Source: Sulfolobales archaeon
Lineage (GTDB): Archaea > Thermoproteota > Thermoprotei_A > Sulfolobales > NBVN01
NCBI GenBank assembly: GCA_025058345.1
Contig: JANXEN010000003.1
Coordinates: forward strand, 119,578-183,577
Reading direction: 5' to 3'
DNA: 64,000 bases
Each line of letters begins with the position of its first letter. Within the stretch, counting starts at the first letter, position 1. The translations under genes and the position numbers were made by a program. The notes under the pieces are model-generated. The model did not search any database, was not told the DNA's origin, and was given only the letters and a program-made list of their open reading frames with translations. This document shows positions 20,436-29,599 of the stretch, one piece after another.

Positions 20436-21797
20436 TCATTTCTTTATTGAGCTTAAGTGCTCCACATATCTACTACCTATTTTAATTATTTTGTTGGCTA
20501 CATCTAGGGCATTTATGCCTAACACAATGATTCTGGGTTCTTTACCCCAACTACCTTTGTCAATCAATACGTCGGGTGCGCTTTCCTTAACTCCCTTACC
20601 GTGTAGTAACGCTTTAGATGAGTCAGAAATTAAACCTTCGACACTCTCTAAGTAACTTACATTAAGTCCTAACTCCCTAATTACCTTATCCAATAATTCG
20701 TTATATGCTATGCTTGACGCCGAACGCACCTCATCATATCTCTCCATAATTTTTATCAATAATTCAGACAACGCTGACTTAAGACCAAATTCAGGGGGTG
20801 AAGCAGCTTTGATTCTGTCCTTAACCTTATTGAGTTTTCCTGGTACTCCAGCAACGTCGTTTATGCTTCTTACGTAAAATTTAGGAAGCGCCATAACGAT
20901 TTCTGACTGGCTCTCAGGAATTAAATTAATTACATATTTGCTTGAGTTTTCAATTAGTTTTACGGCTTCATTTAGTTGTTGTAGAGTTTTATATTTTTCT
21001 GCAGGTATTAACTGCCATGCCGTAGGGTTTACAGGTCCGTGGCCTTTACCTACCGGAAGGCCATACATTATCGCTGTCGTTATAAATTCCTTAGCTATCT
21101 TCACAGCCTCTGGTATGGATTTCCCCTTCGCTAATTCCGCCGTTATTGCTGCTGAGAAGCTACATCCTGTACCGTGAGTACTCCTGCTTTCCAATCTCGG
21201 AGCTCTAAATTCATAGTACTTACCGTCATAATACATTATATCGACGCTATCTTCATCACTCATATGTCCGCCTTTAATGACTGCAGCCATAGCACCTAAA
21301 TCATCGACTAATTGCTTAGCCACTACCCTTGCATCGCTTAACTCCTTTATGCTCTTACCAGATAATTTCTCAGCCTCCGGCTTATTGGGTGTTATCACAG
21401 TAGCTAAGGGGATGAGTTTATTAATTAACGTATTTACGGCATCTTCCCTAAGTAAGGGTGCACCGCTCTTCGCAACCATTACAGGATCGACGACTAAGGT
21501 TACGTTGTACTTCTTAACTAAATCGGCTACAAGTTCTATAATGTCGGAGTTACTTAGCATTCCTGTCTTAGCGGCATCTACGCCTATGTCCTCAATCACC
21601 GCCTCAAATTGGGATTTAATGACGTTCAGTGGAATATCATGGACGGCTCGGACTTCATAGGTGTTTTGAGCAGTAATTGAGGTGATGACGCTCATTCCAT
21701 GAACCCCTAAAGCGGCAAAGGTTTTTAAATCGGCCTGAATACCGGCCCCACCACCTGAATCACTTCCAGCTATAGTTAATGCCTTCTTAACATCCAT
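20436..21797 (-). CDS. thiD: HMP/HMP-P kinase fused to a ThiN-like domain (ThiDN architecture)
   Basis: AGSDSGGGAGIQADLK, DPVM, HGTGC; the C-terminal ThiN-like domain is degenerate (see findings). Confidence 0.9.
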   Translation of the reverse strand: MDVKKALTIAGSDSGGGAGIQADLKTFAALGVHGMSVITSITAQNTYEVRAVHDIPLNVIKSQFEAVIEDIGVDAAKTGMLSNSDIIELVADLVKKYNVTLVVDPVMVAKSGAPLLREDAVNTLINKLIPLATVITPNKPEAEKLSGKSIKELSDARVVAKQLVDDLGAMAAVIKGGHMSDEDSVDIMYYDGKYYEFRAPRLESRSTHGTGCSFSAAITAELAKGKSIPEAVKIAKEFITTAIMYGLPVGKGHGPVNPTAWQLIPAEKYKTLQQLNEAVKLIENSSKYVINLIPESQSEIVMALPKFYVRSINDVAGVPGKLNKVKDRIKAASPPEFGLKSALSELLIKIMERYDEVRSASSIAYNELLDKVIRELGLNVSYLESVEGLISDSSKALLHGKGVKESAPDVLIDKGSWGKEPRIIVLGINALDVANKIIKIGSRYVEHLSSIKK

Positions 21798-21920
21798 GAA
21801 ATCACCACTTGAAATTCGGCGATTAAACTAATTAATTTTAGCGTGTTCCATGAAAAGGAAGGATCACCCATTACTAGAGATTTAAAAATCGAAACGTATA
21901 ACACATTATAAGGTGTTTAC

Positions 21921-22931
21921 ATGGTTAAGGTACATTCAGCCATAGTGGGTAGCTTTCCAAGACCTAAAGGACTGGCTAGGCTTGTGAGTAGATTTAATTC
22001 CGGTAAGATCAGCAGTGAGAAGCTTGAGGCCGGATATGAAAACTACACACGAAAGTTATTTAAGCTGCTTACCTCATCTAAGATAAAGTACGTCACCGAT
22101 GGGATGTTTCGATGGGACGATATCTTAAATCCTCTAGCAAACTACATAAGCGGTGTTAAGGTCGACGGATTATATAGGTTTTATGAGAATAACTTCTTCT
22201 TTAGGGCGCCCCAAATCGAAGGAAGGATTAAGTTAAGGGATGATTGCCCAATACCTGTTTGGTATCAGAAATCCATGGAAATACTTAATGATGTTGCCGG
22301 AAATAACTCGCAATACGTTTTGAAACCAGTTCTTCCTGGTCCACTAACATTCACCTTCAACTCCATCAACAACCACTACAGTAGTGTAGAAGACTTGATG
22401 AGGGATTACGCCTACGATGTACTACGGCCATTACTTAATGAGTTAAGACATCGTAACGCCAGCATTATCGAGATTCACGAACCTGAATTAACTTACGATA
22501 GGGCTGACCCGAAAATCAAGCTATTAGGTGTTGAACTACTTTCGCAGGTTTTTAGGGAGGCTGGGGTTAAAATATGGCTTCAGACTTACTTCGGTAACGC
22601 ATGCAAGAATTTAGACTTCCTACTTTACCTATCTAAATACATAATTGGGATCGACTTGAAGGCAACCGAAGACTATACCAAGTGCTTTAATTACTTATCG
22701 GAGTTAAATTCTATTGCCGTCGGCATATACGATTCAAGGAGTACATTGATTGAGAGAAATAGAAGTGTTTATTGGTATGTCAATAAGTTCTCAAAACTTA
22801 ACGTGAGTGAGTTATTCATTTCCAATAACTCCCCCATGGACTTCCTCCCTGAAATCATTGCTGTGAGGAAGATAAAGAAATTAGGTAGGTTTGTAGATCT
22901 ATACAATAAAAACAGAGGTGATGTTAAATGA
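21921..22931 (+). CDS. cobalamin-independent methionine synthase, N-terminal-half-like subunit (non-catalytic)
   Basis: VGSFPRP, KPVLPGPLTF, IHEP, LQTYFG; no Zn-binding HxC or C-terminal DCG. Confidence 0.8.
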   Translation: MVKVHSAIVGSFPRPKGLARLVSRFNSGKISSEKLEAGYENYTRKLFKLLTSSKIKYVTDGMFRWDDILNPLANYISGVKVDGLYRFYENNFFFRAPQIEGRIKLRDDCPIPVWYQKSMEILNDVAGNNSQYVLKPVLPGPLTFTFNSINNHYSSVEDLMRDYAYDVLRPLLNELRHRNASIIEIHEPELTYDRADPKIKLLGVELLSQVFREAGVKIWLQTYFGNACKNLDFLLYLSKYIIGIDLKATEDYTKCFNYLSELNSIAVGIYDSRSTLIERNRSVYWYVNKFSKLNVSELFISNNSPMDFLPEIIAVRKIKKLGRFVDLYNKNRGDVK

Positions 22932-23935
22932 ATTTACCCATACTACCTACGACAGTTATAGGTTCGTATCCGAGGCCTAAGTGGTTTAGGGAGGTCATTA
23001 AAGGCTTTAAAGCTGGTAGGTATGATGTAGAGGCACTTAATGAAGCTGCTGATGATGCCGTTGTTGCAGTTTTAAGGGAGCATGAAATAGTTGGGGTGGA
23101 TATCCCATCTGATGGGGAGATGCGTAGAGACGAAATGGTTGAGTACTTCGCTGAGAGGATAGATGGCTTTAAGTTTTACGGTCCGGTGAGGGTTTGGGGG
23201 AATAATTTCTTTAGAAAGCCTGCAGTCGTTGGTAAGCTATCTTACGTGAAGCCTATGATAGTTGAGGAATTTCTTTTCGCTAGGAGGAATACGTCGAAGC
23301 AAATTATAAAGGTCACAATTACAGGGCCTTATACTATAGCTGACTGGAGTTTCAACGAATACTACGACAGTAAGGAGGAATTAACATTCGAGTTAGCGAA
23401 AATAATTAACACGGAAATCAAAAAGTTGGAGGAGGTTGGGGCATTATTTGTCCAGGTAGATGAACCCGCCTTAACCACCCATCCAGCTGAGATGGAGTGG
23501 GCTGTTCAAGCCATCAATAAATCTATCGAAGGTATCAACATTAAAGTCGGTTTACACGTATGCTACAGCAATTACGATATCCTTAAACCGTACTTTGATG
23601 TGTTGAAAGTTACACAGTATGCGCTGGAGTTCGCGAACAGAGGTTTCAGGGATTTAGAGATGGTTAAAGGTTTGACGAAGGAGTTAGGGCTGGGTGTGGT
23701 GGATGTCCATACTAGGAGGGTGGAGGATCCGGAGGAGGTTGCTAGAGCTATACTTAAGGCAATCTCATACATAGAACCTCAGTATTTATACATAAATCCT
23801 GACTGCGGTCTTAAATTACTTCCTAGAAGTGTGGCTAGAGCTAAACTTAATTCCATGGTTAAGGGAGTTAATATCGTTAGGAAGGAATTAGGTAAGAGAG
23901 GATTGTCTGAAATACCGTTTAGAACTAACATTTAG
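22928..23935 (+). CDS. metE: cobalamin-independent methionine synthase, catalytic subunit
   Basis: PTTVIGSYP, DGEMRR, QVDEPA and Zn ligands HVC, LEFA, NPDCGL. Confidence 0.9.
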   Translation: MNLPILPTTVIGSYPRPKWFREVIKGFKAGRYDVEALNEAADDAVVAVLREHEIVGVDIPSDGEMRRDEMVEYFAERIDGFKFYGPVRVWGNNFFRKPAVVGKLSYVKPMIVEEFLFARRNTSKQIIKVTITGPYTIADWSFNEYYDSKEELTFELAKIINTEIKKLEEVGALFVQVDEPALTTHPAEMEWAVQAINKSIEGINIKVGLHVCYSNYDILKPYFDVLKVTQYALEFANRGFRDLEMVKGLTKELGLGVVDVHTRRVEDPEEVARAILKAISYIEPQYLYINPDCGLKLLPRSVARAKLNSMVKGVNIVRKELGKRGLSEIPFRTNI

Positions 23936-23964
23936 AGTTAATTGATTGGTCGATGGTTTTTATT

Positions 23965-25428
23965 TTAATTAGTTGCTTTACTCCTCATATGTTTAGATAT
24001 ATATTCTTCGAAAGTACCGTTATCTCTTAACCACTGCCCATACTTACATAGAGCCCACGCAGCTTTGGCAGCCCTCTCGACTGAGGGGTACATAGGTATT
24101 CCCTCGTTCTCGATAATCGTGGATAGCTTAGCTGTATGTCTACCTCCTGTAGCTGCCCCCACAATCGGTATAGGTGTATCTAGCTCATTATTTATCGATT
24201 TAATTAATGTGATGAAGTTCTTTGCTAATTCTTTGCTAATTCCCGGAGCCATGAAGTACGGGATCCATATTATTATGTCTACCTCACCACTACGCGTTAA
24301 TATCTCAACAGCTTGGAGTAAGTGTTCATCCCTAGCTGAGCCTGTTACATCCACTGGATTGTAAGGACTTGCTATCGGTAGTAGGACCTTTCTAAGCTTA
24401 CTTACAGTTGTGTCTGAGAGTTTAGGTACTTTTAACCCTAAACTTACTGCTGCATCAGTAGCCATGACTCCTGAACCGCCACCAACTGTGAGTATTCCTA
24501 CATTCATTCCTTTAGCAGGAGGTTGAAGTGATAATGAGAGTGCAATATCGAATAATTCATCCATACCCATGGCTCGAATAGCTCCAAACTGCCTGAACAC
24601 TACATCATATACCACATCTGCTCCTGCTAGACTACCGGTATGTGAGGCAATGGCCCTAACCCCTTCCTCACTCCTACCTGCTTTGAGGATCACGACAGGT
24701 TTTACTGTAGTCACCGACCTAAGTGATTTAGCGAACTCCCTGCCCTTCTCAACCCCCTCAACATACATGGTAATGACTTGAGTGTCATCATCGCTAACTA
24801 GATAGTTAAGTAGGTCTGATTCATCGACATCACACTTATTACCTAAGCTAACAAACTTGCTTATCCCTATGCCTCTCATAGCAGCCCAGTCAAGTACTGC
24901 AATTCCGAAAGCACCACTCTGTGAAATAAACGCTATGTTTCCATGATTAGGGAAATCCATTCGTTCAGGGTTCAAGAAAGTGGTGTTTAAACCTACCTTA
25001 GGTACATAAACACCCATGCAGTTAGGGCCTATCACTCTTATCCCAAACCTTTTCGCAGTACTTACTATCCTCTTTTCAAACTCAATACCTTCTGAAGTAC
25101 CTAATTCCTTAAATCCTGCACTAATTATTATTACGCTCTTAACACCTTTCAAACCACATTCCTCAACTACAGTAGGAACTGCAGGGGCTGGAACTGAAAT
25201 CACTGCAAGGTCAATAGTTCCTGGAACGGAATTTACGTTGGGGTAAGCTTTAATTCCCAATATCTCGTCAACCTTCGGGTTTATGGGATAGACCTTACCC
25301 CTATACTTAGCTATTAAGTTATGAAGTAGTTGATACCCAACTTTACTAGGTTCTCTGGACGCTCCTACGACCGCTACTGAACTGGGGTAAAAGAACTTCT
25401 CAATTACTTCATTATTACTCATCATCAC
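23965..25428 (-). CDS. acdA: acetate/acyl-CoA ligase (ADP-forming) alpha subunit
   Basis: VAVVGAS, IGPNCMG, SQSG, SHTGSLAG (phospho-His), NPVDVTG. Confidence 0.9.
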   Translation of the reverse strand: MMMSNNEVIEKFFYPSSVAVVGASREPSKVGYQLLHNLIAKYRGKVYPINPKVDEILGIKAYPNVNSVPGTIDLAVISVPAPAVPTVVEECGLKGVKSVIIISAGFKELGTSEGIEFEKRIVSTAKRFGIRVIGPNCMGVYVPKVGLNTTFLNPERMDFPNHGNIAFISQSGAFGIAVLDWAAMRGIGISKFVSLGNKCDVDESDLLNYLVSDDDTQVITMYVEGVEKGREFAKSLRSVTTVKPVVILKAGRSEEGVRAIASHTGSLAGADVVYDVVFRQFGAIRAMGMDELFDIALSLSLQPPAKGMNVGILTVGGGSGVMATDAAVSLGLKVPKLSDTTVSKLRKVLLPIASPYNPVDVTGSARDEHLLQAVEILTRSGEVDIIIWIPYFMAPGISKELAKNFITLIKSINNELDTPIPIVGAATGGRHTAKLSTIIENEGIPMYPSVERAAKAAWALCKYGQWLRDNGTFEEYISKHMRSKATN

Positions 25429-25469
25429 TACCTATAATACATCATTATAAATCCTTTAATAAAATTGAG

Positions 25470-26213
25470 TTACTGAGTATTTGGATTTAACGTATTGCTT
25501 GATTTCACTCTCGTATTTGAGGAAATCTCAACATAATTTAAGCCACTCTTAATCAGTAATTTATATGCGTTGGGAGTTATGGATTGAGAGGCTATATAAC
25601 CCTTAACGTTAAGTCCTAGGCCTCTATAGTAATCGACGTACCTAATTAACTGGTGCACAGCATCTAAATCAGCTTCAGCCCTCTTACATTCAACTAATAT
25701 TAACTCATCTTTAGAGTTTCTTAGAATTAAGTCGATCCTACCGTGAGGTGTTATGAATTCCTTAGCTATTAATTTAGCATCGCTTTCAATTATCGACGGA
25801 TTGGAAGCTATGTAGTCTACCATATCATCCTCCGTACCTTTAAGTATAATTAAACCCTTTCGAAGTTTAAGCAGCATTAAATGCGGTTTATCTTTAATAT
25901 ATACCTTAACCACCTCTTTAGGTCTACTTCTCATGGCCTTAATCTCAAATGACTCTTCATTTACCTTTGTAGTTATTACGGCGTTAGGCTGCCAGTTAAT
26001 GGGGTCTATACCCTTCCCTTCATGAATTATTAAAGAGCCATCTTCTTTTATAACAATTAGTCTTCGCGCCTCTGATGCTTTACTTGATGCTCTTCCCTCA
26101 TAGAAAACCTCGCAATTCCCAACTAATACAATGGTGTTTAATTTATAGTTCTTCCTAATGAGTTCATGAAGTACATCCCATTCTACATTAGGTAGTAGTA
26201 CCTCTTCTGACGT
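25470..26213 (-). CDS. nucS: mismatch-specific endonuclease NucS/EndoMS
   Basis: The track gives only the last 154 aa. The frame is open to 26219 and adds CEVFYEGRASS, IKEDGSLIIH and DPINWQP. C-terminal GRIDL..VECKR..QLIRY nuclease motifs. Probable start ACG at 26213 (247 aa). Confidence 0.88.
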   Translation of the reverse strand, partial: TSEEVLLPNVEWDVLHELIRKNYKLNTIVLVGNCEVFYEGRASSKASEARRLIVIKEDGSLIIHEGKGIDPINWQPNAVITTKVNEESFEIKAMRSRPKEVVKVYIKDKPHLMLLKLRKGLIILKGTEDDMVDYIASNPSIIESDAKLIAKEFITPHGRIDLILRNSKDELILVECKRAEADLDAVHQLIRYVDYYRGLGLNVKGYIASQSITPNAYKLLIKSGLNYVEISSNTRVKSSNTLNPNTQ

Positions 26214-27147
26214 TTTTAATCACCTCCAAAACGCCTAGCTGTGCCTTTTCTAAAGGTGTATTATTTAGGGTTGCTGAGGCTGCCTCAACGTGTCCGCCGA
26301 ACTTACCTCCCAATCTTTCAGCAATAACTTTACATAAAGTTAGGGCATTCTTTCTTGAAGACCTAATGGTTATTACTACTTTCCCCTCCTCCTCACGTAT
26401 GAGGATAGCATCCTTCTTCATTTCCTTAGTAAATTCGGTGGAGGCTATACCTAACAACCCGGCATAGATCCTGGATTCAGAAGAGGTTAGGGTGGTTATA
26501 AGGTAGTCCCCCACCAATATCGCTCTATCTCTCATAAGCTTTAGCAACTTATTAAGCAACCATTTCGCAGTAGCTGCACGTTTAGTCACCTCCTCAAGGT
26601 TTATGATGTTATTACCTCTTAACATAGATCTTATTAGGAAGTGAAGGAATTCTGTATCACCTGGATCTCTAGCTATTGATAGTTTAATTAAATCAGCCAT
26701 TTTACTAAGCTCATCCTGAGCCTCAACTCCTTCGCATATATCCGCAACTCTAATTAGTATAGCTTCGTAGGGATTAGTGTTGAGTTTCAGTGTTTCATTC
26801 ATGAGTTTTGGGGTGGATGTAGCTTTACTCCATATTACCTTAGCTCCAATTCTAGTTAATTCGGCTACGAATTCTTCACTGCTTATGTGGTGATCTATTA
26901 CAACGATTTTAGCTTTAGAAGCTAAGGGGATCATGGTGCTGATTATGTCTTTACTCAAAGCTATGTCAAGCATAACTAATTCACTAATTTCTTTAGGGAC
27001 TTTCTTAATGTCTAGGTGAGCTCTCCAAGGTTGTGTAAATATTAACTCCGTTTTACTGGGGTAGGCGTCTCTCAAAAAATGCTTTATGTAGAGAAAAGCG
27101 CTTATAACACCGTCGCAGTCGCCATGACATATAACTGCGGACTTCAT
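26188..27147 (-). CDS. DHH/DHHA1 family phosphoesterase
   Basis: CHGDCDG, LDIA, IDHH, and C-terminal TIRS...GGHVEAA. Confidence 0.82.
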   Translation of the reverse strand: MKSAVICHGDCDGVISAFLYIKHFLRDAYPSKTELIFTQPWRAHLDIKKVPKEISELVMLDIALSKDIISTMIPLASKAKIVVIDHHISSEEFVAELTRIGAKVIWSKATSTPKLMNETLKLNTNPYEAILIRVADICEGVEAQDELSKMADLIKLSIARDPGDTEFLHFLIRSMLRGNNIINLEEVTKRAATAKWLLNKLLKLMRDRAILVGDYLITTLTSSESRIYAGLLGIASTEFTKEMKKDAILIREEEGKVVITIRSSRKNALTLCKVIAERLGGKFGGHVEAASATLNNTPLEKAQLGVLEVIKNVRRGTTT

Positions 27148-27218
27148 TAAATGACAACCAAATAAATTAACTATTCTTTAACTTATAAACCTGGTACCGC
27201 ATCCATTAAACGGTAGCA

Positions 27219-28268
27219 ATGCAATTAACTGCTGACGTATATACCGAATGTGTAGAGAGGTTGAAGGGGCAGAAATACCATATTATAGGCATGCATAGTG
27301 CAGTTAAGAAGTGTTTATGGGTTCACAACGCACTCGTATACGGTAGATTTTGCTATAAATGTAGGTTCTACGGTATTGAGTCCCATAGATGCGTTCAAAT
27401 GTCTCCATCCGTTCTATGGTGTTGGAATTCATGCCTTCATTGCTGGAGGATGAGACCTCAGGATGTAGGTACAGGTAGTGATGACCTTACCAAGTTACCT
27501 GGCGTTGATGACCCTGAGTTTATTGCAGATATGGCTATACTTGAGCATAGAAGGACTGTTAGCGGGTATAAGAACAGGACTTCTAAGGAAATGTTCAGGG
27601 AGGCAATGAATCCTAAACATGTGGCTATTAGCCTAACTGGTGAGCCTACACTCTATCCGAGGTTATCGGAGCTCATAGCTGAGTTTCACAAAAGAGGACT
27701 ATCTACTTTCTTAGTGACTAGGGGGGTAAGGCCAGATGTGTTGGCTAGTTTAAGAGAGGAGCCTAGTCAGCTATATATATCTTTAGAGGCATATGATGAG
27801 GGAACATACGCTCACTTCAATAGACCTCTAATCCCAAAAGCGTGGGATCTCACCCTTAAGACGTTAGAAATATTACCAAGTTTCACATCACCTACAGTTA
27901 TCAGAATTACACTAGTTAAAGGATTCAACATGGATGATAAGGCTGTGAAGAGTTTTAAGAAACTTATAGAGGTTTCTCAACCCACCTACATAGAGACGAA
28001 GGCTTACATGCATGTCGGCAGGTCTATCAATAGATTAGGTAGGAGCAGTATGCCGTCGTTTAATGAGGTTATGGAGTTCGCGAAAAGTTTATCAAATGAA
28101 GTCGGGTACAACATAGTTTCATATAGTTTGGCGTCTAGGGTTGTACTTCTGACAAGGCTTGAAAAGTCCATTATTAGATTCGGTAACGGATGTACTAAGG
28201 GATGGGAAGAAGCTGAGGAATGTGAAGAGGGGTTAGGCGAGTATGAAAAACCAGACGAGGTAATTTAA
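27219..28268 (+). CDS. taw1: 4-demethylwyosine synthase (radical SAM, TYW1)
   Basis: HSAVKKCLW, YGIESHRC, CWNSCLHCWR, AISLTGEPTLY, KAYMHVG. Confidence 0.93.
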   Translation: MQLTADVYTECVERLKGQKYHIIGMHSAVKKCLWVHNALVYGRFCYKCRFYGIESHRCVQMSPSVLWCWNSCLHCWRMRPQDVGTGSDDLTKLPGVDDPEFIADMAILEHRRTVSGYKNRTSKEMFREAMNPKHVAISLTGEPTLYPRLSELIAEFHKRGLSTFLVTRGVRPDVLASLREEPSQLYISLEAYDEGTYAHFNRPLIPKAWDLTLKTLEILPSFTSPTVIRITLVKGFNMDDKAVKSFKKLIEVSQPTYIETKAYMHVGRSINRLGRSSMPSFNEVMEFAKSLSNEVGYNIVSYSLASRVVLLTRLEKSIIRFGNGCTKGWEEAEECEEGLGEYEKPDEVI

Positions 28269-29599
28269 TCGAAAGGCTTAGTTATGTTTACGTCTTTAAC
28301 CATTACGTAAGGAACTTTCGAAGGTACCGTAACTTCCCACCACTTAATTAGATACTGTTTTTTACCGATGAACGATACGTTCCTTAAAAGTTTATTGAGG
28401 TTGTCTGCTATTCTAACCCTTCTAGTGGTTCCAACTATCTCACCGTTACGTACGTAGAAGACAGCATCTCTACTTACCGTCGAGAAGGTTCCTTCAACGT
28501 AGTTTTGAAGTCTTGTATACCAGTTATTGGTTATTAGTAAACCTTCTTTAGTTTCTTCAACCATTTCATCTTCACTGGAATCACCTGGCATCAGAGATAT
28601 GTTCCAAGGCTTAGGTGATATCAAACCTGCGTTGCCTGTGGAGGTGGTGCTGAATTTAGCCGCTGTTTTTGAGTTATGCAGTAAGGACTTCAACACACCT
28701 CCCCCTATTATCTCCTTGTCATATGTTTCAACACCCTCATCATCGAAGGCTGTTGAATTACTGAGTTCAACGTCTCTAGGTACGTCTGCCAGTGTTAGGT
28801 TCTCAGATGCGACGACATCACCAACTTTTTTGTTCATGAAGATTGAGAAGCCGGATAATACGTAGAAAGATGAAGCCATAGTTGCGACTAACTCCATGAG
28901 ATTACCAACAACTAGTGGTGAGAGTATTACTTCATATTTCTTTGGAGGGACTTCAACAACTTCCTTAGTAAATGCTGCGTATTGAGCGGCTTTCTTTCCA
29001 ACGTACTCAATCGAATTTAAGTCAACGAACCTCCCTCCATACGCCCAATGGCCTGAGGACTCGTTTTTAAAAGCTCTTAAATACGAGACTACCTCACTAC
29101 CTCTCTCAAATCCTTCGAAACCCTTACTAGTCGTTAAAGCTTTTGACACTATACTCAGCTTTAACGTACCTGAGACTCTCTGCGCCCCTTCATTAATAGC
29201 TGAGTTTATCATCAACTCGCATAACTGTGCTGAATTATCGATGTAGTTAAGAACTTTGTTATCAAATAGGTTGCTTAGTGCTTTATATGGTTTAGGTTCT
29301 GGCAGGGGTGCGTATAACTCGGATTCTTGAACTAATTCCGCATAGCTTCCAATCCTCTCTACCAAACTAGTAAGTTCGCTAATGTTTGAAGTCGAGGACT
29401 CAAGCATGAATAACCTCCCTTTCTTCACTAGGTATAAGCTGATGTTATACAGTGTTTGAGAATGCTTGAGCGAGATCTCGTTATTAACTATCTTAATCAT
29501 AACGTTGTTGACTTCATTAATTTGGACCGCAGATTCATCATATGAGTTACGTAGCTTACCCAGTATAGATTCATTTATCGACAATAAGTCAGCGTTCAT
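28265..29599 (-). CDS. tldE: TldE/PmbA family protein
   Basis: FDDEG, STGNAG, NNWYTR; no HExxxH; overlaps the tldD stop. Confidence 0.85.
   Translation of the reverse strand: MNADLLSINESILGKLRNSYDESAVQINEVNNVMIKIVNNEISLKHSQTLYNISLYLVKKGRLFMLESSTSNISELTSLVERIGSYAELVQESELYAPLPEPKPYKALSNLFDNKVLNYIDNSAQLCELMINSAINEGAQRVSGTLKLSIVSKALTTSKGFEGFERGSEVVSYLRAFKNESSGHWAYGGRFVDLNSIEYVGKKAAQYAAFTKEVVEVPPKKYEVILSPLVVGNLMELVATMASSFYVLSGFSIFMNKKVGDVVASENLTLADVPRDVELSNSTAFDDEGVETYDKEIIGGGVLKSLLHNSKTAAKFSTTSTGNAGLISPKPWNISLMPGDSSEDEMVEETKEGLLITNNWYTRLQNYVEGTFSTVSRDAVFYVRNGEIVGTTRRVRIADNLNKLLRNVSFIGKKQYLIKWWEVTVPSKVPYVMVKDVNITKPFD

Noticed and set aside
25935-26213. nucS as a truncated pseudogene
   Set aside because: No frameshift or internal stop; the full-length frame and a strong SD are intact, and only the start codon is atypical.
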